From Pedosphaera sp. (GTDB lineage: Bacteria > Verrucomicrobiota > Verrucomicrobiia > Limisphaerales > UBA9464): 64,000 bases of DNA. The DNA is taken from assembly GCA_009695205.1 (NCBI GenBank), contig SIBK01000014.1:1317-65316 (forward strand), given 5' to 3'. Positions 27,749 through 36,592 of the stretch are shown here, piece by piece; the stretch's first letter is position 1; each line of letters starts with the position of its first letter. A program made the position numbers and the translations under genes. The notes under the pieces were generated by a model. It worked only from the letters and a program-made list of their open reading frames with translations, searched no databases and was not told where the DNA came from.

Positions 27749-29281
27749 CTATTTTGGAGTTGGCTTCTTCGTTGGAGTCGAGGCCGCATCGGTGGGACGA
27801 CCGCCCTCTGGGATTGCCACCGGCGCATTGGTTTCCGCCGGCGGGGGTGGAGGCAGTCCGAGAGCGGATCTTAGGAGCATCTGGAGTTCGGGGTGCAGGT
27901 CACCCTTGGGATCGAGCATACGGTTGAGCACCTCCTGCTTGATCTCCGCAAGTTCCGGCATGGGCAATCGTTCGCGTGCCCCTTTGTACTGGGTGCGGTC
28001 GATGAAATTCTGACGGACAACGGCAGCGAGGCGTTTATAACCCTCGGCTTGTTCGTCAAGGCCCTGCGCCAGGCTTGCATAGTAGTTGCTGACGAGCCCC
28101 TCCAGCATCGCTTTGACGCGGTCGGGGGACGTTTCATTGACATCTTCGCTAATCTTTGCAACCGCCCATTCTTGTGCGGAATTCGCATCCGGAAACGCGT
28201 TGGTCCCATATTTTTCGGTTCCGTAGGCGAACCATTTCTTTGCCTCGTTCTCACGATTGTGGATGAATAAGAAATAGACGGCATCCCGCATCATGTTCTT
28301 GTGGGCGTTACCAATGTGGTCCCGCATTTCTGCATCTTCAGCCATGAACTTCTCGTAAGCTCGCGAGGTGTTTTCCACGATAGCCAGGTTTGGCCCCAAT
28401 TGCGGAACCTTGCGCAACTTGCCTTCGATCACCAATTGATTGGTGATGAAGCGGCCCCGTTGAAACGAAGTGAGCAGGGGCTGATAGATCGCCCGCCGCA
28501 GAGTGATCAGCTGAGCCTCCGGCTTGTCCGACAGCTTGCATACCCGTAACCCAACACTCGCCCAGTAGATCGCATGCGTCTCGGGCAGGCGCCACTCCAG
28601 AGGTCCGTACTGGTCGTCCACCTCCTTCATCATCCGGGAATCCATCTTGTAGTGATTTGTCAGAATCGAAACCCGGGCTTGCATTTCGCGTGTCTGCGGA
28701 CTGCTGAGAGCGTCAAAGTCCGGGTGACCACTTCCCAGGACGTTGTTCATTTCGGCTGCCCACTCCGACTTGTAGGTCATGTGCGCATCATCCAGATAGG
28801 CGCCAATTTTGTGCTGGAACAGCCAGGCGAGCTCACGATACATGAGAACTTCATGAGGATTATACCGAAGGCCGTCATCACGGAGCAGTTCGATGCCCTT
28901 GCGGACGCGGAGCCATCGATCCATATGGTTCGGAAACTTCACCGAAATGTTATAGGCCAGATTCCAGGCTTGATTGACCCAGACCTGCGTGAAATGGGGT
29001 TGAAGCTTCGTGATCCAGTTCGCGAGTTGGGACATCTCGAAATACTTCCCATTCTCCTGCAATTCCGCGGCGCGAATCCACAGGATGTTAGCGATGAGAC
29101 CCCGGAAGCCGCCGAGTGCAATCGTGGTGAACGCAAGCACCGGCGGGGCGTTCTCCAACACCGCCGTTCGCGTGAGATCCATCTTCTCCCGGTCGCGATT
29201 TAACCGGCTCTGCATCAGGCCGGCTAGCGCAATAAAGCCAACCATCAGGACGGCTAAAATTGATTTTCGCAGGGACATCAC
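27749..29281 (-). CDS. membrane-anchored hypothetical protein, helical, Pro-rich C-terminal tail
   Basis: It is 510 aa with one N-terminal TM segment (ILAVLMVGFIALAGLM) and a C-terminus GLPPPPPAETNAPV...KKPTPK. The start is 27 nt after the stop of the upstream permease gene. I recognise no family. Confidence 0.6.
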   Translation of the reverse strand: MMSLRKSILAVLMVGFIALAGLMQSRLNRDREKMDLTRTAVLENAPPVLAFTTIALGGFRGLIANILWIRAAELQENGKYFEMSQLANWITKLQPHFTQVWVNQAWNLAYNISVKFPNHMDRWLRVRKGIELLRDDGLRYNPHEVLMYRELAWLFQHKIGAYLDDAHMTYKSEWAAEMNNVLGSGHPDFDALSSPQTREMQARVSILTNHYKMDSRMMKEVDDQYGPLEWRLPETHAIYWASVGLRVCKLSDKPEAQLITLRRAIYQPLLTSFQRGRFITNQLVIEGKLRKVPQLGPNLAIVENTSRAYEKFMAEDAEMRDHIGNAHKNMMRDAVYFLFIHNRENEAKKWFAYGTEKYGTNAFPDANSAQEWAVAKISEDVNETSPDRVKAMLEGLVSNYYASLAQGLDEQAEGYKRLAAVVRQNFIDRTQYKGARERLPMPELAEIKQEVLNRMLDPKGDLHPELQMLLRSALGLPPPPPAETNAPVAIPEGGRPTDAASTPTKKPTPK

Positions 29282-29308
29282 GGATAGATTTGGTGGCGGA
29301 CGACGGCG

Positions 29309-31102
29309 CTATGTGGGCAGAGCAATTTCCCGGCGAGTTAGCACCACGATGCCAAGCACCACAAAAACACCGCCCATCAGGACGATGATCTGGAAAAAAG
29401 CCCGGGCCAACTCGCCCCAGGTAATGCTCTTGCCTGAGCTGAGGGCATCCACCGGTGAAAAATTCTGGGCAACGCCAATGAGGTCGCGAGCCCCCTTGAA
29501 AAACTGGACTGCGATCGTATTAACAAAATTTCTCTCCTTCACCATTCCGGTGTCGTGGTCCACTTCAAGGATACCTCCCTGATCGATCACCGCGCGGATG
29601 GTGCCGCCCGAGAAAGCGATCATCAGCATCGCAAGCGAAACGAAGGAGGAAACGGCAAAGGACATCCTGCTGGAACACGCGAGACCAATCGCCGCCAGTA
29701 GGGCAAGCCAGAAAAAAAGGATCAGAAGTCCGCGGAGAAAATTCAGGGTAAAACCTCCCTCGCGATAGAGCACAAACAGGCCGTCTTCCAGCGGAAACAG
29801 AAGGGCAATCTCGTTCCAGTTCTGGCAATCAATGGTGATCTTGTTGTCATCACCGACCATGTTAGGCGGGATGGCGAATTCGATCGGAGCCTCGGCAGCA
29901 ATATCATTTTCTACCGTCAGGCGTTCCCGGGAATCCCGGGCGCCCACTATCCACTTCAATTGATAGGTCTTGTCCGAACCGTCAAAGGATGCAGCAAAAA
30001 ACTTCACCCGAAGGTGCATAGGCTGATCCTTAAGCCGCGCCTTGGCTCCGGAACCGAGATCAATGACCCACTGGCGGTAGTGGCCCGGCTGGACGATCTG
30101 GTTGGCTGCCTTGATCTGTTCCTCGACCTGCTTGCGGACAAACTTCCGGTCCATGGCGGCGACGGTTTCCTGCTTGAGACGCTCGGCAAGCACTCGGCGG
30201 ATCTGGGGCTCCAGGTCCCGCAACTCTTCGCGAGCCGATGCCCGGGCAACGAGGACCTCGCTACGAAGAATCGCTTGTTGTTCCGGCGTCAGTTGTGCGG
30301 CGCGCCCCAGCAACAGCGCGTAAATGGTGGCCCCTGAAATCGCAAGTAATCCAAAATTCAGAACCAGAATCCCCACCCATTTTCCAATCCAGATTTCCCA
30401 GCGCGGAATAGGCTTCGTCATGACCACGTGAATCTGGCAATCCTCGATGTCCCGGGCCAACGTGCCGCAGGCGAGCCAAAGCGTGGTGATCCCGAGCAAC
30501 CCAGTGACCGCTCCCAACGTATAGGTCAGAACGATCTGGGTGAATCCTTGCGCGGTCCCGTCGTGCTCAATGATTCCCGGAAGCACAAATACCGCGGCGA
30601 GGAGCAGGCCAATGAGGATGAGGACGAGCTTGTAGCGGATGGCGGCCTTCAGGGTCAACCAAGCGACCGCGCCAATTCGGCGCAGGGATTTTGGTGTGAA
30701 ATCGGGCAGTGTCAAAAAACGACGGCCTCGCCATTCCGGCAGGGGCTCGCCTCCGACCTGGGCAAGTTTTGCGATCGCCGTTGCGCCGTTGCGGGCGGGA
30801 ACGGTGCACCGGAACGAATATCCGGAACCTTCCGCTGCGTAGGCGCGAAGGTGGCGGGCTTGAAAACCGAGGAAAACGCCGGCAATCAACCACGCGATGG
30901 CGTAGCCGAACCCCGCTGCCTGGAATGCATGCAGGACACCAAACGTCACCCCGAGAACGATTATGACGACAGCCGCGGACACCCACAGATTATTCAACGC
31001 TGCCCATACCGGGCCCCCAAGCACCGCGGCCCAGGAAAATCCCGCGGGGACGGTAAGGCTCTGCCCTTCCGAATTCCGGTAAATTTCATACTGTCGATTC
31101 AT
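29309..31102 (-). CDS. DUF2628-like N-terminal domain fused to an ABC-2-type permease with a large extracytoplasmic insert
   Basis: The N-terminus YEIYRNSEGQSLTVPAGFSWAAVLGGPVWAALNNLW fits the DUF2628 pattern. Later, ARDIEDCQIHVVMTKPIPRWEIWIGKW resembles the E-x-E-x-GT...P.SR...GK signature of ABC-2 permeases. The start is 17 nt after the ABC ATPase stop. Confidence 0.6.
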   Translation of the reverse strand: MNRQYEIYRNSEGQSLTVPAGFSWAAVLGGPVWAALNNLWVSAAVVIIVLGVTFGVLHAFQAAGFGYAIAWLIAGVFLGFQARHLRAYAAEGSGYSFRCTVPARNGATAIAKLAQVGGEPLPEWRGRRFLTLPDFTPKSLRRIGAVAWLTLKAAIRYKLVLILIGLLLAAVFVLPGIIEHDGTAQGFTQIVLTYTLGAVTGLLGITTLWLACGTLARDIEDCQIHVVMTKPIPRWEIWIGKWVGILVLNFGLLAISGATIYALLLGRAAQLTPEQQAILRSEVLVARASAREELRDLEPQIRRVLAERLKQETVAAMDRKFVRKQVEEQIKAANQIVQPGHYRQWVIDLGSGAKARLKDQPMHLRVKFFAASFDGSDKTYQLKWIVGARDSRERLTVENDIAAEAPIEFAIPPNMVGDDNKITIDCQNWNEIALLFPLEDGLFVLYREGGFTLNFLRGLLILFFWLALLAAIGLACSSRMSFAVSSFVSLAMLMIAFSGGTIRAVIDQGGILEVDHDTGMVKERNFVNTIAVQFFKGARDLIGVAQNFSPVDALSSGKSITWGELARAFFQIIVLMGGVFVVLGIVVLTRREIALPT

Positions 31103-31119
31103 GGTACGTCCGCAGCCAT

Positions 31120-32349
31120 TTACTTCTTCCCACCTAGAAGACCGGAAAGTTTCTCGTTGGCCTGCTTGACGTCGATCGCCGTTGGCGGCGGCGCGACCGC
31201 CCGGGCGACCTCCACGGAGGGAGTCGTTGCAGGCGGGATTTCCGCTGCCGGTTCACTCCGGGCCAACGACGACAACCGGGCAAGATCGATCTGGGGTTCC
31301 GTGGACGGCGCCGGCACCACCTGGACTTCTGCCAAAGAATTCTGGCGTGTAAGTCGATCGAGCACCTTGTCCGATTGGGTCTGGCGGCCCGCGTCCTTGC
31401 CGCGGATGAATTGTGCCACTCGATTGCCACTGGTGGCACCGCTCGTCTGTCCGCCGGCGCGGGCTCGCTCGACAACACCCAGAAAATAGGTCTCCAGATT
31501 CTGGGTCGGAGTCCCCAGCCGCACGCGATCACCCACCTCGGCCCTCAGTATTCCGAGCACGCGCTCCGTAACCTCCCGACTGAGCACGGGCGAGCTGATT
31601 TGTACGGAATCCGGAGCCGCCAGGAGATCCTGGAGCGTTCCCATCGCCTGAATCCGGCCACCGTAATAGATTACGACCCGGTCACAAACATCCTCCACAT
31701 CCGCGAGCAAGTGGGAACTAAGGATGACGGTCTTGCCCCGGCGCGCGAGCGCCAGAATCAGATCTTTTACCTCCCGGCAGCCGAGGGGATCGAGGCCCGC
31801 GGTGGGCTCATCGAGAATTACCAAGTCCGGGTCGTTGATCAGCGCCTGGGCGAGGCCAATACGGCGCTGCATGCCCTTGGAAAACTCGCCCACAGTCCGC
31901 GTTCGAGCCTGGTTCAATCCAACCATCTCGATTAACTGCTCGGCGCGCTGCCGTCGATCCGCCGAATCCAGCTGAAATAAGTTGCCGAAAAAATCCAAAG
32001 TCTCGCCCGGATTGAGGTACTTATACAAATAGCTTTCCTCCGGTAGATAGCCTATCCGCTCCTTGGTTCGAACGTCCCGAGGCGATTGCCCAAAGACTTC
32101 AATGTGCCCATGGGTTGGATACAGGAGGCCTAAAAGCATCTTAATCGTGGTCGACTTGCCGGAGCCATTCGGCCCGAGCAGGCCAAAAATCTCCCCCCGG
32201 CGGATGTCGAAACTCACGTCATTGACCGCGCGCGCCTTGGGGCGACCCCAGAAATCCTTGAACACTTTGGTGAGTCCAACGACACGGACAACGTTTTCGC
32301 GGGAGACAGCCTCTCGGCTGCCAGGCGCGGGATTCGGTAGGGAGTCCAT
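31120..32349 (-). CDS. ABC transporter ATP-binding protein with ~120-aa low-complexity C-terminal extension
   Basis: It has Walker A GPNGSGKST, the signature FSKGMQRR, Walker B LVILDEPT and the H-loop SSHLL. The tail is rich in A/P/S/T/Q. Confidence 0.9.
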   Translation of the reverse strand: MDSLPNPAPGSREAVSRENVVRVVGLTKVFKDFWGRPKARAVNDVSFDIRRGEIFGLLGPNGSGKSTTIKMLLGLLYPTHGHIEVFGQSPRDVRTKERIGYLPEESYLYKYLNPGETLDFFGNLFQLDSADRRQRAEQLIEMVGLNQARTRTVGEFSKGMQRRIGLAQALINDPDLVILDEPTAGLDPLGCREVKDLILALARRGKTVILSSHLLADVEDVCDRVVIYYGGRIQAMGTLQDLLAAPDSVQISSPVLSREVTERVLGILRAEVGDRVRLGTPTQNLETYFLGVVERARAGGQTSGATSGNRVAQFIRGKDAGRQTQSDKVLDRLTRQNSLAEVQVVPAPSTEPQIDLARLSSLARSEPAAEIPPATTPSVEVARAVAPPPTAIDVKQANEKLSGLLGGKK

Positions 32350-32459
32350 GGCTTGGATTTTGCTTTGTGTGAATTCTTCCGAGAGATGCTCCGGCAGGTT
32401 TTCCCGGCGTTCAAACGCCCCTCAGCGCAGTGGATGGGTGCGTATTTACTTCAAACATG

Positions 32460-34469
32460 TCAGGCGGTCGCCGGCGTCAGTTGGATGGGGCCTCCCGTCC
32501 CGGGGGCCGCCGGCCGCGCTTCGATCTGGAACGGTTCCAACTCCTCGCCCTGCCGCACCAGGCGGGCGCTGTTGAACACGACGAACAACGCACCCACGTT
32601 GTGCAATAGAGCCGCCACGATCGGGTGGATATAGCCCATGGATCCCGCTGTGATCACGATGATCACGAATAGAATTCCAAAGAGAAAATTCTGATTGATC
32701 ACCTGCCGTGTCAGACGGGAGAGCTTTATCAGGAAGGGCAGCCGCCTCAGGTCGTTGTTCATCAAGGCGATCGTCGCGCTGTGAATCGCCACCTCGCTGC
32801 CCGCCGCACCCATCGCAATGCTGATGTCGCCCGCAGCCAGTGCCGGCGCATCATTGACACCGTCCCCGATCACGGCAACCCGGTATCCCTTGGCTTTAGT
32901 CTGCTTCACGTATTCAACCTTGTTCTGGGGAAGGCATTCCGCCACGACCTCCTCAATACCTATCTCCTTTGCCACTCGGGCCGCGACTGGTTGACGGTCG
33001 CCTGACACCATCGCGATCCGACGGACGCCAGCGTCCCGCAATCCCTGAAGGGCCTCAGCCGCTTCCGGCCGGGTCTGATCCTGGAGGCCAACCCATCCGA
33101 TGCAGTCATTTCCCCGCGCGATGAACAACAGGCTGAAGCCTTCCGTTTCGTTCAAATCCACCGTCTTCAGAAAATCACCGCCCACGCCGTTGTCCTTCAG
33201 CCAGCCGGATCGCCCGATCACCACGCGATGCCCGTCAACCGTGGCATGAACCCCCCGACCCGCCGATTCCTTGAAGTCCGTGGCGGATGCCAGCGTCACC
33301 CCAGCTTCCTCGGCGAGCTGCACGAGCGCTTTTGCCGTAGGATGATTCGAATACTGCTCGGCGCTCGCAGCTGTCCGCAAAAGCTCCGCCGGCTGTGTAT
33401 CCCCAATCGGGTGAAGGCGGCTCACCACCAGCTTTCCTGTTGTCAAGGTTCCGGTTTTGTCAAAGACAAAGGCGTTGATGCTAGCCGCGGATTCCAGGTC
33501 GCCCACGTTTTTCACCAGCACCCCAAGCCGCGCAGCCGCCGCAATCGCCGCCACCATCGCGCTCGGCGTAGCTAGGATGAATGCGCAGGGGCAGGCGCCA
33601 ATCAGGATCGTAATAACTCGGTCCAGATCCTTGGTAAACGCCCAGACCAGCGCGGCAATCACCAAGATCAAAGGCGTATAATACCCGATGTACTGGTCAA
33701 TAATCCGCATGAACGGCAATCGCGTCTTTTCCGCCGCCAGGATTAATTCCCGAACCCGCCCGATGGTTGTATCCTGTCCAGCCTTGGTGACCTTCACGTC
33801 GAGCGCCCCCGTCAGATTGATGGTACCGGCAAAAACCTGATCTCCGGGATTTTTGTCCACCGGCAAGGATTCACCCGTGATGTTCGCCTGATTCACCGAG
33901 GCCTGGCCGGTGACGATCACGCCGTCCGCGGCGATGTTGTCGCCGGGCCGGATCCGGATCATGTCTCCGACCCCAAGATCGCGCGCGGCCACCTCTTCCT
34001 CGCGCCCCTTGACGAGCCGGCGTGCCTTCGATGGAGTCAGCTTGATCAACGATTCAATCGATGCCCGAGCCCCCGCCGCGGTGCGGGTTTCAATGACCTC
34101 GCCGAGCAGCATGAAAAAGGCAACGATTCCCGCTGTCTGAAAATCCCCTTTCGCCGCACAGGCAAGAACGCCCAACGCCACCAGCTCGTTGATACTCAAC
34201 CGGCCTTTGGATAAGTCCGTGACCGCCACCCTCAGAATCGGTATGGCCAGAGTGATCGCTCCCACCATGGCAAACAAACCCGCGGTCGTATCGCCTCTGT
34301 CGTATACCCATTGCATGAGATACGAGATCAACACGAAGACTAGCCCAAACAACGTATACGACAGTTTGACGTTGGTATGGGAATGGTCTCCCCCGCAGTC
34401 CGCACACGTCTCTCCGTTGGTATGCTGATGAGGTTTGTCTTCAAGACTGAGTAGTGAGGTGATTTGCAT
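32460..34469 (-). CDS. heavy-metal translocating P1B-type ATPase (Zn/Cd/Pb-like)
   Basis: It has CPCAFILATP in the TM region, the phosphorylation site DKTGTLT, TGES, the GDGVNDAP hinge and a His/Cys-rich N-terminus (HQHTNGETCADCGGDHSH) in place of a classical HMA domain. Confidence 0.9.
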   Translation of the reverse strand: MQITSLLSLEDKPHQHTNGETCADCGGDHSHTNVKLSYTLFGLVFVLISYLMQWVYDRGDTTAGLFAMVGAITLAIPILRVAVTDLSKGRLSINELVALGVLACAAKGDFQTAGIVAFFMLLGEVIETRTAAGARASIESLIKLTPSKARRLVKGREEEVAARDLGVGDMIRIRPGDNIAADGVIVTGQASVNQANITGESLPVDKNPGDQVFAGTINLTGALDVKVTKAGQDTTIGRVRELILAAEKTRLPFMRIIDQYIGYYTPLILVIAALVWAFTKDLDRVITILIGACPCAFILATPSAMVAAIAAAARLGVLVKNVGDLESAASINAFVFDKTGTLTTGKLVVSRLHPIGDTQPAELLRTAASAEQYSNHPTAKALVQLAEEAGVTLASATDFKESAGRGVHATVDGHRVVIGRSGWLKDNGVGGDFLKTVDLNETEGFSLLFIARGNDCIGWVGLQDQTRPEAAEALQGLRDAGVRRIAMVSGDRQPVAARVAKEIGIEEVVAECLPQNKVEYVKQTKAKGYRVAVIGDGVNDAPALAAGDISIAMGAAGSEVAIHSATIALMNNDLRRLPFLIKLSRLTRQVINQNFLFGILFVIIVITAGSMGYIHPIVAALLHNVGALFVVFNSARLVRQGEELEPFQIEARPAAPGTGGPIQLTPATA

Positions 34470-34494
34470 GGCGAGAATGAAACAGGGTTGGATC

Positions 34495-35601
34495 TCAGTT
34501 GGATGGAGACGGCTGTGTGCCGGGCTTTACGGGCGCCACGGCTTCGCGGCTGATCAGGAGCCGCAATTCGTCCGCACCCACGAAAAATTTGTCCTGCGCA
34601 TTGGTCAGCACACGGGCGAAGGTTTCTGTTAGTACCCGCGTTCGGTATAGTTCCGGATCCTTGAGATAATAGGGCAGCTGCTTTCGGAACGAATCGGCGT
34701 CGCCGGATACCGCGGCCACCAACTGGTTGGACGCGATGATCCCTCGATTGAGAATTTCGCGGGACTCTGCCTCCGCCTTGCGCAGGGTTTCGGATGCGTC
34801 CCCTTCGGCCTGCTTGATGCGCGTGGTGCGATCGAGCTCCGCTTTGGTCACCTGCACAAACGCCTCGCGGACCGAAAGCGGCGCAATGGTTGGAACCTCC
34901 AGAAGATCAATTTTCACTCCGAGTTGCGCCCGGGCGATCCAATCCTGAAGCCGCTGGGCAATTTCCAGCCGGAAACCCTCCGTGTTTTTATACAATACAT
35001 CGTCCGCTTTGAAACCAGCTGCCGTTCGATAGATGGCATTGTTGAACGCATTGAGAAGGAGGTTGGAAACACTGGTAAAATTGAAGGCAAACGCCACCGG
35101 ATCAATGATCCGGTATTTCACTGAGCCCCGTACGTGGACAATATTGCCGTCGGCCGTCAACACATGCCCTTCAGCCGCTGGGTTCAGCCGCCCCGTGCCA
35201 TTGGAGGCCTCTCCCTCCAACTTCCCGGTCATCAACTCGTCCTGACTTAACTGAAACCATGGCGTAAAGGTCGTTACAGTGAGTGTTTCTCCATTGCGGA
35301 TGCGCACCACTTCGTCGATCGGTTGGGGCATGGCAAAATGCAATCCCTGCTTCTTGATCATCTTGGCGCCAGTCCCGACGGGTTTGCCGAAGCGGAGAAC
35401 GATCGCAACTTCATTGGGATTGACTGTAAAAATGCAGGAGATGAAGAACGCGGCGATCAGGGCAATCACCAACGCACGGATGACAACCAAGCTGCTGCCG
35501 AGGGCCTCGTTGAGCGCCTGGCTGCTGGCGTCATCGTTGCCGAGGGCATTGCCTCGGGCGGGACTCAGGTCGCCGGACTTCGGAGTTTTGTCAGCGCTCA
35601 T
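34495..35601 (-). CDS. SPFH/band-7 domain protein (HflK-like)
   Basis: It has an N-terminal TM followed by NEVAIVLRFGKPVG, LTADGNIVHVRGSVKYRI and a coiled-coil tail (AEGDASETLRKAEAESREIL). Confidence 0.75.
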   Translation of the reverse strand: MSADKTPKSGDLSPARGNALGNDDASSQALNEALGSSLVVIRALVIALIAAFFISCIFTVNPNEVAIVLRFGKPVGTGAKMIKKQGLHFAMPQPIDEVVRIRNGETLTVTTFTPWFQLSQDELMTGKLEGEASNGTGRLNPAAEGHVLTADGNIVHVRGSVKYRIIDPVAFAFNFTSVSNLLLNAFNNAIYRTAAGFKADDVLYKNTEGFRLEIAQRLQDWIARAQLGVKIDLLEVPTIAPLSVREAFVQVTKAELDRTTRIKQAEGDASETLRKAEAESREILNRGIIASNQLVAAVSGDADSFRKQLPYYLKDPELYRTRVLTETFARVLTNAQDKFFVGADELRLLISREAVAPVKPGTQPSPSN

Positions 35602-35634
35602 AGTAGCGGAATTCGCAGGGCGGATTGCAGACCG

Positions 35635-36537
35635 TTATTTGGCAGCCGGCTTCAGCTTCGAGGCTTCCTTGAGGAGATCCAAGGGCGGGGTGCGGTCGTC
35701 CAGTATCAGGGTCGTCCTGTTTTGGAGCGATTCCTGAAGTCGTTGAGACTTCAACTGAAGCTCTGCAAGGCGGGGATTCTTCTCGAACTCCTTATAAGCC
35801 TCCGATACCTGAGCCTCCGCGTCGCCCCGGATGGTGGCCTGTTTCACCCGCGCTTCGGAGAGTCGTGACTCCCGTTGCACGTCCGCGTCAGAACGGATCT
35901 TTCGGGCCTCGGCTTCACCCTGCGCTACGTGGTTCTTGGCAAGCGTTTCACGCTCCGCCTTCATTCGTTTGAAAACATCCGCTGTCACATTCTCTGGCAA
36001 GCCCAGTTGCTTGATCCCCAGCAGTTCGACCCGGATGCCAAAGGTGTCGACCGTGTCCTTGGAAACCAGCGCAAGCATCTCCTTTTCGATCTGCTCAAAT
36101 TTTACCTCCTCCGGCTTGGATGAAATCAGATCGCCGAGATTGTGCTGACTGAGCACAGCGGCCTTGGCATTGCGGACCACATTCTCAAGGGCCGCCTCGG
36201 CTTTGAGGGAATCGCCGCTGAAGCGGTCCAAAAATGTTCGCGGATTTTCCACGCGCCATCCGGTGAAGACGGTACAAAGTATGGTCTTGCCATCTCGCGT
36301 AAGACTTTGGTCAAACTTTCGTTCAAAATTCTGCAGGCGCTTGTCAAACTTATAGACGTTTTGAATCGGTACCGGCCAGCGCGCCTTCAGCCCCGGCGAA
36401 TCGGTCGAATAGGAGATGCGACCGAAGGTGGTGACCACTGCGACTTCGTTTATTCGCACCTGATACGCGAACAGTAGGAACACAAAGATCAGCAGTAGTA
36501 GGCCACCGGTGATGAGAGTTAGACGATTCTTGCTCAT
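35635..36537 (-). CDS. SPFH/band-7 domain protein (HflC-like)
   Basis: The start is at MSKNRLTLITGGLLLLIFVFLLF (rc ATG 36535-36537). NEVAVVTTFGRI, GIRVELLGIKQLGLPENV and the E/A/R-rich tail are present. Confidence 0.75.
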   Translation of the reverse strand: MSKNRLTLITGGLLLLIFVFLLFAYQVRINEVAVVTTFGRISYSTDSPGLKARWPVPIQNVYKFDKRLQNFERKFDQSLTRDGKTILCTVFTGWRVENPRTFLDRFSGDSLKAEAALENVVRNAKAAVLSQHNLGDLISSKPEEVKFEQIEKEMLALVSKDTVDTFGIRVELLGIKQLGLPENVTADVFKRMKAERETLAKNHVAQGEAEARKIRSDADVQRESRLSEARVKQATIRGDAEAQVSEAYKEFEKNPRLAELQLKSQRLQESLQNRTTLILDDRTPPLDLLKEASKLKPAAK

Positions 36538-36592
36538 GACAAATAAATGGGCGTGGATTGAATCCGGACTAGGTGAGGCTGCTCTGTAGGGG

